From Eggerthellaceae bacterium (GTDB lineage Bacteria; Bacillota; Clostridia; Christensenellales; UBA1242): DNA of 64,000 nt. The position numbers and the translations under genes are program-made. The notes beneath the pieces are model-generated. The model searched no databases, was not told the DNA's origin, and worked only from the letters and a program-made list of their open reading frames with translations. The DNA lies in contig CAVCJG010000003.1 in the NCBI GenBank assembly GCA_963602685.1, positions 560 to 64,559 of the forward strand, written 5' to 3'. Numbering within the stretch: the first letter of the stretch is position 1; every line of letters starts with the position of its first letter. Of the stretch, positions 1-8,242 are shown piece by piece.

Positions 1-2094
1 ATAAGCTTCTTTATCATCTTCGGAAATATTTTCAAGTATTTCGGCATAAGAATTTGTTATTTCAGCAAGTTCATTATTTTTATTTGACAAAGAAGTTGCT
101 TCTTCTTTTAAGATAGTTGATTGAACAAGTTCAAAAGGAATTACATGTCCGATATATCCATCTTGGACTTCTTCATCTTTACCATCTTTCTTTTTTACAA
201 CCATATTAGGGTCGACTTTCTTTGTTGACTCAAAACCTTCCGTTTGAATGATTTCAAGGTCTATTGCAATCTTTTGCCAACCATTATCCAAAAGTTGATA
301 TGCTTTATATTTATCAATAAGTGGAATATTTGCCAATCTTTCAAAAATATTACTTGCTATATCATTTTCTTCTTTTGAAACATTTATTTCTTCCATCTTG
401 CTTATAAGTTCGGATTTCAAGTACTTATCAAAATCTGAAAAAGCAGAAACAAATTGATTATTAAAATCTTTTACATTAGGGTTGTTTTCTATTGTTTGTT
501 TTGTATCTTCAACTGCAAGAGCAGAATATGCAGAATTAACACTCTTAAACAACTCTTTTTTAAGTTCAGGAAATGCTGACCAATAGCAATTTAATTTATC
601 TATTTCTTCATTTGGAATACCACCAAACATTGAAGCATAAATATCCCAGCTTTCTTGTTCTTCAGAAGAATCTACATATCTTGGAATATTAAGGTTATAT
701 TCATTTGCTCTAATTTCTTCTTTTGAAACCACTTTTGAATATTTTGGAGTAGTTTCTCTTTTAACAACAGTATCTACAATCTTTTTAATATCTGATGCTT
801 GAAGTTTATTATTCTTACCAACTTTAATAAAGCCTTTTGAAGCATCAATAATTAAAACATCTGTATTTGGTCTTTTTTGTCTTAAAACCATAATGATTGT
901 TGGAATACCTGTACCATAAAAGATGTTTGCAGGAAGACCAATAATTGCATCAATATTGTTATTTTCAATAAGTGCTTTTCTAATTTTTTCTTCTTCACCA
1001 CCACGGAATAATACACCATGTGGAAGAACAATAGTCATAATACCATCTGGTTTAATGTGATACAAATCGTGAAGCAAAAACGCATAGTCTGCTTTTGCTT
1101 TTGGTGCTAAACCATAACGAGCATATCTTGCGTCTCCTTCTTTGTTTGTAGGATCCCAATTTTGTGAGTATGGTGGGTTAGAAACAACTGCATCTACATA
1201 TAAAGGATTGTAAGTTCTGCTTGGATCAGAGTCGTCAAAATATGGCCAGTCGTCTTCAAGTGTATCACCATTTCTAGTAACTATATTATCTGGAATAATT
1301 CCACGCATAACCAAATTCATACGAGTAAGGTTATAAGTAGGTTCTTTTAACTCCTGGGCGTAGTATTTAATATTATCTTTATTTCTTACATATTTTGAAA
1401 CACATTTACCGATATTTATAAGAAGTGAGCCAGAACCACTTGTTGGGTCGTATATCTCAATTTTTTCTCTATCTTTCAAATGATTTGCAACAATTTCAGA
1501 CATAACCATTGAAACTTCGTGTGGAGTATAAAATTCGCCAGCTTTTTTACCTGCATTTGCTGCAAAATTGCTTATCAAATACTCATAGATAAATCCAAGA
1601 ACATCATAGTCTTGTCTATCATCCATAGGAATAACTTTAATCAAGTTTAAAAGTTCACGAATCGCTTTTGTTTGAGCACCCGAAGTATCTCCAAGCTTGC
1701 TTAGTCCTGTTTGTAATGTATCAAAAATCTTATTAAACACTTTTTTATGGCTATCGTTAATAAGTCTATCAAAAGCACTTAATGCTTCACTAACATCACC
1801 AACAGCAAAATCCATACCTTTTTCAATCCATGTAGAAAAAAGGTTATTATATGAAATGAAATATCCTAAATTCTTTTGACAATATTTTACTGTTTCCTCA
1901 TCATCTTCTGTTAAATATTCTTTAAAATCTTCTTTTGACCAACCATCTTTCAAAAGTGTGTCAGTTTCTTTTTCAGACAAAAATTTGTAGAAAATAAAAC
2001 CTAATATATAGTCCTTATATTCATTTGCTTCAATTTTTGAACGCATTTTATTTGCACTTTCCCAAATTTTTGATGCTAATTGTTGTTTATTCAT
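1..2094 (-). CDS. hsdM: Type I R-M N6-adenine DNA methyltransferase subunit (HsdM-like), partial; the C-terminus lies beyond the left window edge and there is a long extension after the MTase core
   Basis: It is absent from the ORF track because it has no stop in the window. The minus frame is open from ATG 2094 (GGAG about 8 nt upstream) to position 1, which is 698 codons. My translation starts MNKQQLASKIWESANKMRSKIEANEYKDYILGFIFYKFLSEKE, an HsdM N-terminal domain. It contains an AdoMet-site-like EIYDPTSGSGSLL and the catalytic NPPYS motif. More than 200 further residues follow the MTase core. Confidence 0.85.
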   Translation of the reverse strand, partial: MNKQQLASKIWESANKMRSKIEANEYKDYILGFIFYKFLSEKETDTLLKDGWSKEDFKEYLTEDDEETVKYCQKNLGYFISYNNLFSTWIEKGMDFAVGDVSEALSAFDRLINDSHKKVFNKIFDTLQTGLSKLGDTSGAQTKAIRELLNLIKVIPMDDRQDYDVLGFIYEYLISNFAANAGKKAGEFYTPHEVSMVMSEIVANHLKDREKIEIYDPTSGSGSLLINIGKCVSKYVRNKDNIKYYAQELKEPTYNLTRMNLVMRGIIPDNIVTRNGDTLEDDWPYFDDSDPSRTYNPLYVDAVVSNPPYSQNWDPTNKEGDARYARYGLAPKAKADYAFLLHDLYHIKPDGIMTIVLPHGVLFRGGEEEKIRKALIENNNIDAIIGLPANIFYGTGIPTIIMVLRQKRPNTDVLIIDASKGFIKVGKNNKLQASDIKKIVDTVVKRETTPKYSKVVSKEEIRANEYNLNIPRYVDSSEEQESWDIYASMFGGIPNEEIDKLNCYWSAFPELKKELFKSVNSAYSALAVEDTKQTIENNPNVKDFNNQFVSAFSDFDKYLKSELISKMEEINVSKEENDIASNIFERLANIPLIDKYKAYQLLDNGWQKIAIDLEIIQTEGFESTKKVDPNMVVKKKDGKDEEVQDGYIGHVIPFELVQSTILKEEATSLSNKNNELAEITNSYAEILENISEDDKEAY

Positions 2095-2390
2095 TTGTCA
2101 ACTCCTTGAGTACTATAAGTAAATTATAACATATAATTACCGTTTTTTGTTATCATTTTTGTAAAATAATACATTAATTATTATAAAATTATCAAACTTT
2201 ATTTATTTGTTGAAATCAATTTTATCCAAACCATAAAATTTACGCAACAAAGATTGATTACGAGATTGTAAAATTCCACTACAAAAATTCACAAAGTTCT
2301 ATATAGTTTTAAAGCGTTTAGGAAAGAAAAATATTGGCTGAAAATATGGGTTTAATACATTTAGGTACATGGGGTTTGGAAAATTGTGTA

Positions 2391-2426
2391 CCTAAATAAA
2401 AAATACTAGCGAAAGTGCTAGTATTT
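2391..2426 (-). terminator. Hairpin plus T-run in minus-strand orientation
   Basis: A perfect 10-bp stem aaatactagc/gctagtattt (2401-2410 / 2417-2426) encloses a 6-nt loop. On the minus strand it is followed by TTTTATTT. A second 10-bp hairpin, tttaggtaca/tgtacctaaa, sits at 2360-2396. Confidence 0.35.
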
Positions 2427-2480
2427 ATTGGGTGGTTTTGGGGTGTGGGTACAAGTTTAGTGCATGGGCTCGTGTGTTAG

Positions 2481-2514
2481 TAAGGCGGAGGTCACGGGTC
2501 CGATTTCCATCAGC
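2481..2514 (+). other. Decayed tRNA 3'-half-like segment (possible relic integration site); not a functional tRNA
   Basis: The sequence is taaggcggaggtcACGGGTCCGATTTCCATcagc. It resembles an anticodon-stem 3' strand, a variable loop and a T-arm (consensus-like ACGGG-TTCGATT-CCCGT). Three mismatches break the T-stem and T-loop. No matching 5' half or acceptor stem lies upstream. Confidence 0.2.
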
Positions 2515-2530
2515 AAATTCATTAAACAAA

Positions 2531-2575
2531 AGTCGCTAAACACCGACAAGCCAACGCTTAGCGATTTTTTATTTT
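2531..2575 (+). terminator. Putative intrinsic terminator, plus-strand orientation
   Basis: The stem tcgctaa/ttagcga (2533-2539 / 2558-2564) encloses an 18-nt loop and is followed by TTTTTTATTTT. No plus-strand ORF precedes it. Confidence 0.4.
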
Positions 2576-2855
2576 GAATTTTCATGCCTCAACTCTTTTC
2601 AGAAAACGAATTGGTTGCACACAATTTTATTTTTATTTTGGCTAATTCATATAATCTGTTTTCTTTAATTTAGATAAGTACTTATTTAGCTCATATAATT
2701 CATAATATATAAGTTCAGCGGTTTTCACATATCTATATAATTACAACCGATTTTCCGGAAATTTTTCATTTTATCATCCTTATCTGAATAACGTTATATT
2801 AAAAATCATTTTTTAATAAAAAAATTAATGCAACAAGTTAAGGATTGGTTATCTT

Positions 2856-3764
2856 TTAAATATTATCAAAATAATCGTTGTCTATTTCTTTTACTTCATA
2901 TTTAGTTTTAATATAAACCCCTAAATTGTATTCAAACATATACTCAACCAACTTCTGTCCATCAATTAGAGCAATTGGAATATTTGAGCGAGTTATTAAA
3001 TTGAGCGCCGGTGTTGAAAATGAAGATGTTGTGATGAATATTCCCTTTTTTGCACCCTGCAAATTAAGTGCACCTGTAAAAGCTTGAATTTCAGGAGAAC
3101 CAACTTGATGGTCCCTAGCATATCTTTTTGCTTGTAAATATATTTTACCTAATCCTAATTTATCTTCATTAATAACGCCATCAATGCCATCATCTCCAGA
3201 CTTTTTAGTGGCTTTCCCTGCATCCTTGATATTCCCTCCATATCCCATTGCAACAACCAAATCTACAACCAATTTTTCAAATGAATATGGGTTGTTTTCC
3301 AAAATCTTATTCAATAATTGGTCACAAACATCTTGTTTTAAACTATTAAAGGCAACTTGAATTTGCTCATCTGGAGTAATATCAGAGTTAGTCACTATGG
3401 TTTGGTTGTCGATTCCTTTATTTGTCCTTGTTTGAAACTCCATAAAACTTGGAAATTGCTTTAAATCTTCTACAGAAAGAGAAGAAGGATGCTTATTTAA
3501 AAAGTTTAATCCAACATCTGTTATCTGAAATAAACCTCTTTTAGGACTTGATATTAATCCTGCTTGTTTTAAATAGGTCAAGCCCCAACCACCCCTACCT
3601 AAATATCTAGGAAAACCAGAGTTAATCATTTCTCTTTTTTGCTCTTCTGAAACTTTTAATTTTTCAGCAGCTAATTCTATTAAATCATTTCTAGTATATA
3701 CTTTTTTATCTTTGAGTATTTGCAATTCAGGAAGCATATACTCATAGTATTTCGGTTGCTCCAT
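2856..3764 (-). CDS. mrr: Mrr-family restriction endonuclease (Mrr_N winged-helix plus Mrr catalytic domain)
   Basis: The ORF track gives a 337-aa ORF. I place the start at ATG 3764 (MEQPKYYEYMLPELQIL...), which has an AAAGGAG RBS upstream. The N-terminus is like Mrr_N (GFPRYLGRGGWGLTYLKQAGLI). The C-terminal nuclease core has GDDGIDGVI...IYLQAKRY, a D...(D/E)xK-type pattern typical of Mrr. Confidence 0.85.
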   Translation of the reverse strand: MEQPKYYEYMLPELQILKDKKVYTRNDLIELAAEKLKVSEEQKREMINSGFPRYLGRGGWGLTYLKQAGLISSPKRGLFQITDVGLNFLNKHPSSLSVEDLKQFPSFMEFQTRTNKGIDNQTIVTNSDITPDEQIQVAFNSLKQDVCDQLLNKILENNPYSFEKLVVDLVVAMGYGGNIKDAGKATKKSGDDGIDGVINEDKLGLGKIYLQAKRYARDHQVGSPEIQAFTGALNLQGAKKGIFITTSSFSTPALNLITRSNIPIALIDGQKLVEYMFEYNLGVYIKTKYEVKEIDNDYFDNI

Positions 3765-4042
3765 TTTAATTTCTCCTTTGTTGATATTAAACAACTTATG
3801 ATAAAAACTTTTTCCAAATTCATTATACCATAAAAAATTTATTTTGTATAAAAAATAACAGAAAAACAAGCAGATTTTTTGTTTTCATTTTTATTCAATT
3901 ATCTATAAACTCTTATCAACAGTAAGCATATGAAAATAACCATCCGTTGCATAATCACTCCAGATTTATTTTTCTTTAAAAATGCTACTTTGTAAACATT
4001 CTATTAACTTTAATGGAGATTCATAAGCTGTTTTGTGGCGTT

Positions 4043-4070
4043 AAAAAAACAGGCTGGGCCTGTTTTTTTG
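4043..4070 (-). terminator. Intrinsic terminator of the 332-aa gene (bidirectional shape)
   Basis: The sequence is aaaaaaacaggc-tgg-gcctgttttttt. A GC-containing stem is flanked by an A-run and a T-run and starts 7 nt after the stop at 4077. Confidence 0.7.
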
Positions 4071-4076
4071 AGGTTA

Positions 4077-5075
4077 TTAAATTTCTACTTGCGCTTTTTT
4101 CTTGTGCTCTCTGTCAATGCTTGCTAACATTTTATTAAGTCCGGTCATTGCCATAGCATCACTTGTTGGTTGAAATATGCGATTAGCATCTTTTTTGCTT
4201 GCATTCAAATCCCATTTGCCTTCAATCTTTAAGTTCTTTTCTCTTGCTTCAAACACTTGTTTAAGCATTTCAGGATCAAACTCTTTTATCTTATCATTAA
4301 GCGCTACTTCTCGTTTTGAAATTTCTTCTGACAAAGCATAATCGGCATCGTTCTTTTTCATTTCAACGATTGCTTTCGCTTCTTCAAAGATCTCATCATA
4401 TGGACTGGTTACCTGTTTAGTAAGGATGTCATGAAGTTCTTCATAAGTTGCTATTTCTTTTTCCAAATCATCGTCTGGAGTGTCCAACCAAGCCATGCCT
4501 GACGCAAGTGTTTGATAGTTGATCATTAATCTCAGCGACTCAACATCTCCGCCCTCTTTAACATAATCTTTGAACGCTTGTAAATAAACTTCCTGTTTAT
4601 TCTTGATTAATCTGCGGTTACCCAAAAGTGCTCTAATATCTTCTGATAAAAGTTCGCTATTTAAGGTTTTATCAGACATATATGCGAAGCGGAAAAGTTT
4701 GTACATATATCCAATATCATATTTTCCATCACTGTTAAAATGATTTTGGAATTTTTGAACGTCTTCAGGTGTTTTAAAATCATTCCATGTATCTTTATCT
4801 AGCAAATCAAAGCCATTTACTAAAGGAACTAACAGACTGCCGTTTGTGGACATATCAGCCCATTTACTTGCATACTTAAAAAATGTGTTGTAACGAGCAT
4901 CTGTCACATCATGCATAATTTCTTGTAATGCATCTGCAGATATATCATTTATCGATGAGTAATCTAAAATTGAAATATCATGATCATTTTTATATTTATC
5001 TGTCTTAGCAAGCATCAATTTATCTAATTTGCTTAATACAAATCCTGCCGGATATTTAGTCATGTAATCTCCCAT
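4077..5075 (-). CDS. Hypothetical protein (332 aa), no recognisable family; monocistronic gene in the defence islet
   Basis: A GGAGGG RBS lies 5 nt before ATG 5075. The gene has its own TTGACA-17-TACAAT promoter and its own terminator. The protein is acidic and probably helical, with no TM segment, signal peptide or catalytic motif that I can recognise. Confidence 0.75.
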   Translation of the reverse strand: MGDYMTKYPAGFVLSKLDKLMLAKTDKYKNDHDISILDYSSINDISADALQEIMHDVTDARYNTFFKYASKWADMSTNGSLLVPLVNGFDLLDKDTWNDFKTPEDVQKFQNHFNSDGKYDIGYMYKLFRFAYMSDKTLNSELLSEDIRALLGNRRLIKNKQEVYLQAFKDYVKEGGDVESLRLMINYQTLASGMAWLDTPDDDLEKEIATYEELHDILTKQVTSPYDEIFEEAKAIVEMKKNDADYALSEEISKREVALNDKIKEFDPEMLKQVFEAREKNLKIEGKWDLNASKKDANRIFQPTSDAMAMTGLNKMLASIDREHKKKAQVEI

Positions 5076-5161
5076 TTTTCCCTCCTAAGTATACTCAATT
5101 TTGCAAATCAAATGCACGGATAAGTTTGAACTAATTTGATTTACATTTTTACTACACTTAT

Positions 5162-5190
5162 ATTGTATAACTTTAAAGCCATTTTGTCAA
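5162..5190 (-). promoter_or_regulatory. Sigma-A-type promoter for the 332-aa gene
   Basis: On the minus strand: TTGACA (5190-5185), a 17-nt spacer, then TACAAT (5167-5162), about 85 nt upstream of ATG 5075. Confidence 0.55.
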
Positions 5191-5244
5191 GAGCCTAATA
5201 AATTTCGAAGCTTCAGACTGGCAAATGATCAGTTCTTCGCAATA

Positions 5245-5280
5245 CAAAAAAGTTGTCAATAATGACAACCTTTTTATTTA
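5245..5280. terminator. Weak bidirectional hairpin terminator
   Basis: The stem gttgtca/tgacaac (5252-5258 / 5263-5269) has a 4-nt loop, an A-run on the left and CTTTTTATTT on the right. Confidence 0.45.
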
Positions 5281-5384
5281 AACCAATTCCAAACGTGGCA
5301 AGGCGCAAATGATTTGGCAGCGATGCACATTGCAGCGTTAGCCAATTATGAGCGCGCCGATAAATATAAAAAATGCAAAATTTT

Positions 5385-5633
5385 CTACAAAAACTTTAAA
5401 AAACACATTAAAACAAGGTTTTTTAATGCAAAATCACAAAAATTATTACAATTATTAGTTTTTGCATTTTCTAAGCATGGGCAAGTGTTATAGCAACTTT
5501 GCGGATAAAGTTGGTTTGGTTTTGGCGGAACTATCCATGTCGAAACGACGTTGCTATATCTTACTCCACCCTGCTCTGAGCCATCAGGGAAAACCATTTT
5601 GTAGTTAAATTGTGCGGTGTTATTTAAAATCAT
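5385..5633 (-). CDS. Small hypothetical protein (82 aa), Cys-rich C-terminal half
   Basis: An AAAGGAAG purine run lies just upstream of ATG 5633. The sequence contains ...QSCYNTCPCLENAKTNNCNNFCDF.... No family is recognised, and it may not be a real gene. Confidence 0.4.
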   Translation of the reverse strand: MILNNTAQFNYKMVFPDGSEQGGVRYSNVVSTWIVPPKPNQLYPQSCYNTCPCLENAKTNNCNNFCDFALKNLVLMCFLKFL

Positions 5634-5802
5634 ATCTTCTTCCTTTGTTTACTAATATCATTATATTTGTTAAAAATGAGTTGTGTTAAAATTCAATTCA
5701 CCTTTGAAAAACCTGTCGCATACACTGACTTTAGAAAGAAGATGATTTGATAAAAATCGCTTTTTTGAATTTCACAATTTTTACAAAAGAGGACGAAAAA
5801 AT

Positions 5803-6189
5803 ATGGCTGACATTTTAGAAAACAAAATCGAAATCAATGGCACATATGGCGACGAAGCTACGCCTGTTACATTTTCAAGCAACACAGTTACAACAACCAT
5901 TGTAAGGGGCTTGACAGTAACCAAAAGTGCCGACAAACAATCTTGGGTTGATGGCTTGCTGACCTACACGATTACGATCAACAACTCATCGGGCGCGAAG
6001 TTGGCATCTGGAACTGTAATGGATCAGCTCAACACGACACTTGTAAACTTCAACACAGAAAGTGGCGTAACCATCAACGGCGAAGCAACATCAAACTACA
6101 CCTATTCAGGCGGCGTGCTTTCAGTAACATTGCCAGAGATTGCTGACACGTCGACAACAACCATCGTATTCAAAGTTTCGTTGGTTTAA
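5803..6189 (+). CDS. DUF11-like (conserved repeat domain) small protein, no signal peptide
   Basis: The 128-aa ORF has an AGAGGA RBS. The pattern LTVTKSADKQSWVDGLLTYTITINNSSGAKLASGTVMDQL...TTTIVFKVSL matches the DUF11 beta-sandwich repeat signature (TK.ad...v..Gd.ltYtItv.N.G). The N-terminus MADILENKIE is not a signal peptide. Confidence 0.7.
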   Translation: MADILENKIEINGTYGDEATPVTFSSNTVTTTIVRGLTVTKSADKQSWVDGLLTYTITINNSSGAKLASGTVMDQLNTTLVNFNTESGVTINGEATSNYTYSGGVLSVTLPEIADTSTTTIVFKVSLV

Positions 6190-6228
6190 GCAAAACGGTT
6201 AGACGAATTTAAAAAATGTAAATTTAAA

Positions 6229-6262
6229 ACAAAAACGAAGCAAATCATCGCTTCGTTTTTTA
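6229..6262. terminator. Bidirectional intrinsic terminator between convergent genes
   Basis: The stem aacgaagc/gcttcgtt (6234-6241 / 6250-6257) has an 8-nt loop. It is flanked by an A-run and TTTTTTATTTTTTT. The stop of the minus gene (6260-6262) lies inside the T-run. Confidence 0.7.
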
Positions 6263-8110
6263 TTTTTTTGTCTCGGTCACTTCCCAAATTAGGTCGGTCG
6301 AATACTGCCCCGCCGAATACTCTTTCCCGCTTTCAATGTTAAGCAAAAAACCTTCATCTTCAAGCCAACTTATTTTTGTTACTTGTGGCGGCGAGCCAAA
6401 CGAGCCGGTGTAAACCAAAACAGGATTTGTGTCGATTTGAACCTGCGCTGAGTCGGTTTTGAATATCAGCGCATTTTCCAAATTCTCATCTTGCAGATGC
6501 AGTGGCTGATCAATATGGGCATAAAGATACCAATCCCCTCCGCTTGTTCTAGTGTCGGTCACTTCAACTTCCCAATTTGGATTGATGCGTTTGACAGTGC
6601 CTTGATCGGTTGGCGAAACAAAAGCGTAAAATTTTAGTGTTTCGGCACTTGTCACTGAAACGCTTCCAACGCTTGTAACTTCTATTTGTTTGGTTAAAAA
6701 ATTTTTATTTGTAATTATCGACACTTTGGTGTCTGCTGCGACTCTTGGGCTTATCGCAACCGAAAACGAGCCGCCGTCTTCCGCTGTGCCTGAAAATGTT
6801 TGTGACATGAATCCGACTTGCAAGTTGGCAAGTGAGTCTGTCGTACCTGTTACACTGTCATCTAAGTCTGATATTTGATTGACTGCCAGTGACATTTTGC
6901 CAATGCTTATCACATTTGAAGTGAGAAGTTTAAAATTGCTGGTTGAAAGCGGATAGCCGCTGTCGCCGCTTGCCAAATTGCTCTCAAGCGTCAAGAGCGC
7001 CGAATTTGAAATGTTGGTTTTTATAGAAATGTCGCTTGCATAACTTTCTTTATAAATGCTTGTCGTTGGCTCGTCGTCGATGCCTCCGGCACTTGCCAAA
7101 GGCGTTTTCGCGCTATCCCACAAACGCATCATCTCCGCTGAAATGCTTAAAACATTTGGGCTGGAAGCGCTTCCTGTTTGAAAATTAAATATAGGCCCGC
7201 CGTTGTTATACAAAACCACATTTTGTGGCTGCGTGATGGTTATGTTGGCCGCCTTTGCAAAATACATAAGTGCGGTCGTGTTTTTCGCGGGCGAAAACAA
7301 GTTAAAAGTCGAGTTCGCGTTTGCCGTAAAGGCCGAAACGCACTTAAATAGCGGCGTCGCATTGCTGCTAGTCTGCGTTGCCGAAAATGATGCTCCTTCT
7401 TCAAGCAAAAACGAATTTGCAATGTGCGAAGATGTCCCCGTCGAATAAAAAAGCCCGTTCAAAGTCGTGATTTTTGTGGTCGAACCTTCCCTAAAAATCA
7501 GATCAGGCTGCGAATCTGTATACATCATATATGTCGAAGGCGCTTCAACTGTAAAGTTTGCATCTTTGTCTACAATAAGGCTGGAATTAGCATTTGTAAA
7601 CCACAAAACTGCATTTGCCGTGCCTTCGTCTTTTACAACGACGTTGCCTTTAATTTCTATGCGATTAACTTCGCCAAACTCCTGCGGGTTGGCGCTTGAC
7701 CCATTGCGTGAAAGCGTGAACGTGCTGTTTGAAACAACTGTTCTGCCGTTTTTGTTGTAAATGCACTGCGGGCCGGTGTAGTTTATGTTTTCATAAGTTA
7801 TTGTAGAATTTGTGTTGCCATCATAAACGCCCACGACTCCGTAATAGTTTCTGCCGCTCCAAACAGCGTTTTTGACAGTGACCGAAACCGTGTTTGTAGT
7901 CGAAGCAATATAAATCGTATCAGTAAAAGAAAGCGTGTTGTTGTCAACAACATTGTGCCCGTTAAAGTCGATTACAAGACTTGGCTTTGCAATGTTCACT
8001 TTGATGCCACCCGAAAAAGTTATATCTCCGGTAGCCGTAATGTCTGTAGTTGTCGAATCTTCCACAGCAATTTTTAATTCAGCAAAATTCGCGACGTAAG
8101 TTGTTGCCAT
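6260..8110 (-). CDS. Pectate-lyase-like (beta-helix adhesive) domain protein with C-terminal WxL-like domain; no signal peptide
   Basis: The 616-aa ORF has an AAGGAG RBS. The N-terminal two thirds are rich in N/T/S/G beta-helix-like repeats (ITFSGGIKVNI..., VTVKNAVWSG...). The C-terminus reads ...EVEVTDTRTSGGDWYLYAHI...ISWLEDEGFLLNIESGKEYSAGQYSTDLIWEVTE, which follows the WxL-domain pattern (V.D.R....gW.L ... aG.Y...l.W.l). The N-terminus is MATTYVANFAELK. Confidence 0.7.
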   Translation of the reverse strand: MATTYVANFAELKIAVEDSTTTDITATGDITFSGGIKVNIAKPSLVIDFNGHNVVDNNTLSFTDTIYIASTTNTVSVTVKNAVWSGRNYYGVVGVYDGNTNSTITYENINYTGPQCIYNKNGRTVVSNSTFTLSRNGSSANPQEFGEVNRIEIKGNVVVKDEGTANAVLWFTNANSSLIVDKDANFTVEAPSTYMMYTDSQPDLIFREGSTTKITTLNGLFYSTGTSSHIANSFLLEEGASFSATQTSSNATPLFKCVSAFTANANSTFNLFSPAKNTTALMYFAKAANITITQPQNVVLYNNGGPIFNFQTGSASSPNVLSISAEMMRLWDSAKTPLASAGGIDDEPTTSIYKESYASDISIKTNISNSALLTLESNLASGDSGYPLSTSNFKLLTSNVISIGKMSLAVNQISDLDDSVTGTTDSLANLQVGFMSQTFSGTAEDGGSFSVAISPRVAADTKVSIITNKNFLTKQIEVTSVGSVSVTSAETLKFYAFVSPTDQGTVKRINPNWEVEVTDTRTSGGDWYLYAHIDQPLHLQDENLENALIFKTDSAQVQIDTNPVLVYTGSFGSPPQVTKISWLEDEGFLLNIESGKEYSAGQYSTDLIWEVTETKK

Positions 8111-8180
8111 GATTTTCTCCTTAATAAACTAATACATTATATTTTTTAAATAAGGTTTGTGTTTATTCTGAACAAAAATG

Positions 8181-8211
8181 AAAAAGAAAAAAGCAACCTT
8201 TGTCGTTGCTT
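8181..8211 (-). terminator. Intrinsic terminator after ogt
   Basis: On the minus strand: aagcaac-gacaaag-gttgctt followed by TTTTTTCTTTTT. It lies 32 nt after the ogt stop at 8243. Confidence 0.65.
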
Positions 8212-8242
8212 TCTTATAGTTTTAATTTGGCAAACTTTTAGT

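Noticed and set aside
1697-1879. 60-aa plus-strand ORF in the left 2 kb
   Set aside because: It is antisense to the HsdM reading frame, which carries the diagnostic NPPY and AdoMet motifs.
2431-2520. Possible intact tRNA, tmRNA or SRP RNA gene
   Set aside because: Only a 3'-half-like stretch is present and its T-stem does not pair. No acceptor, D-arm or anticodon 5' strand exists. The GGTCCG...CAGC similarity to the SRP domain IV is partial, and the required GNRA-capped helix cannot form.
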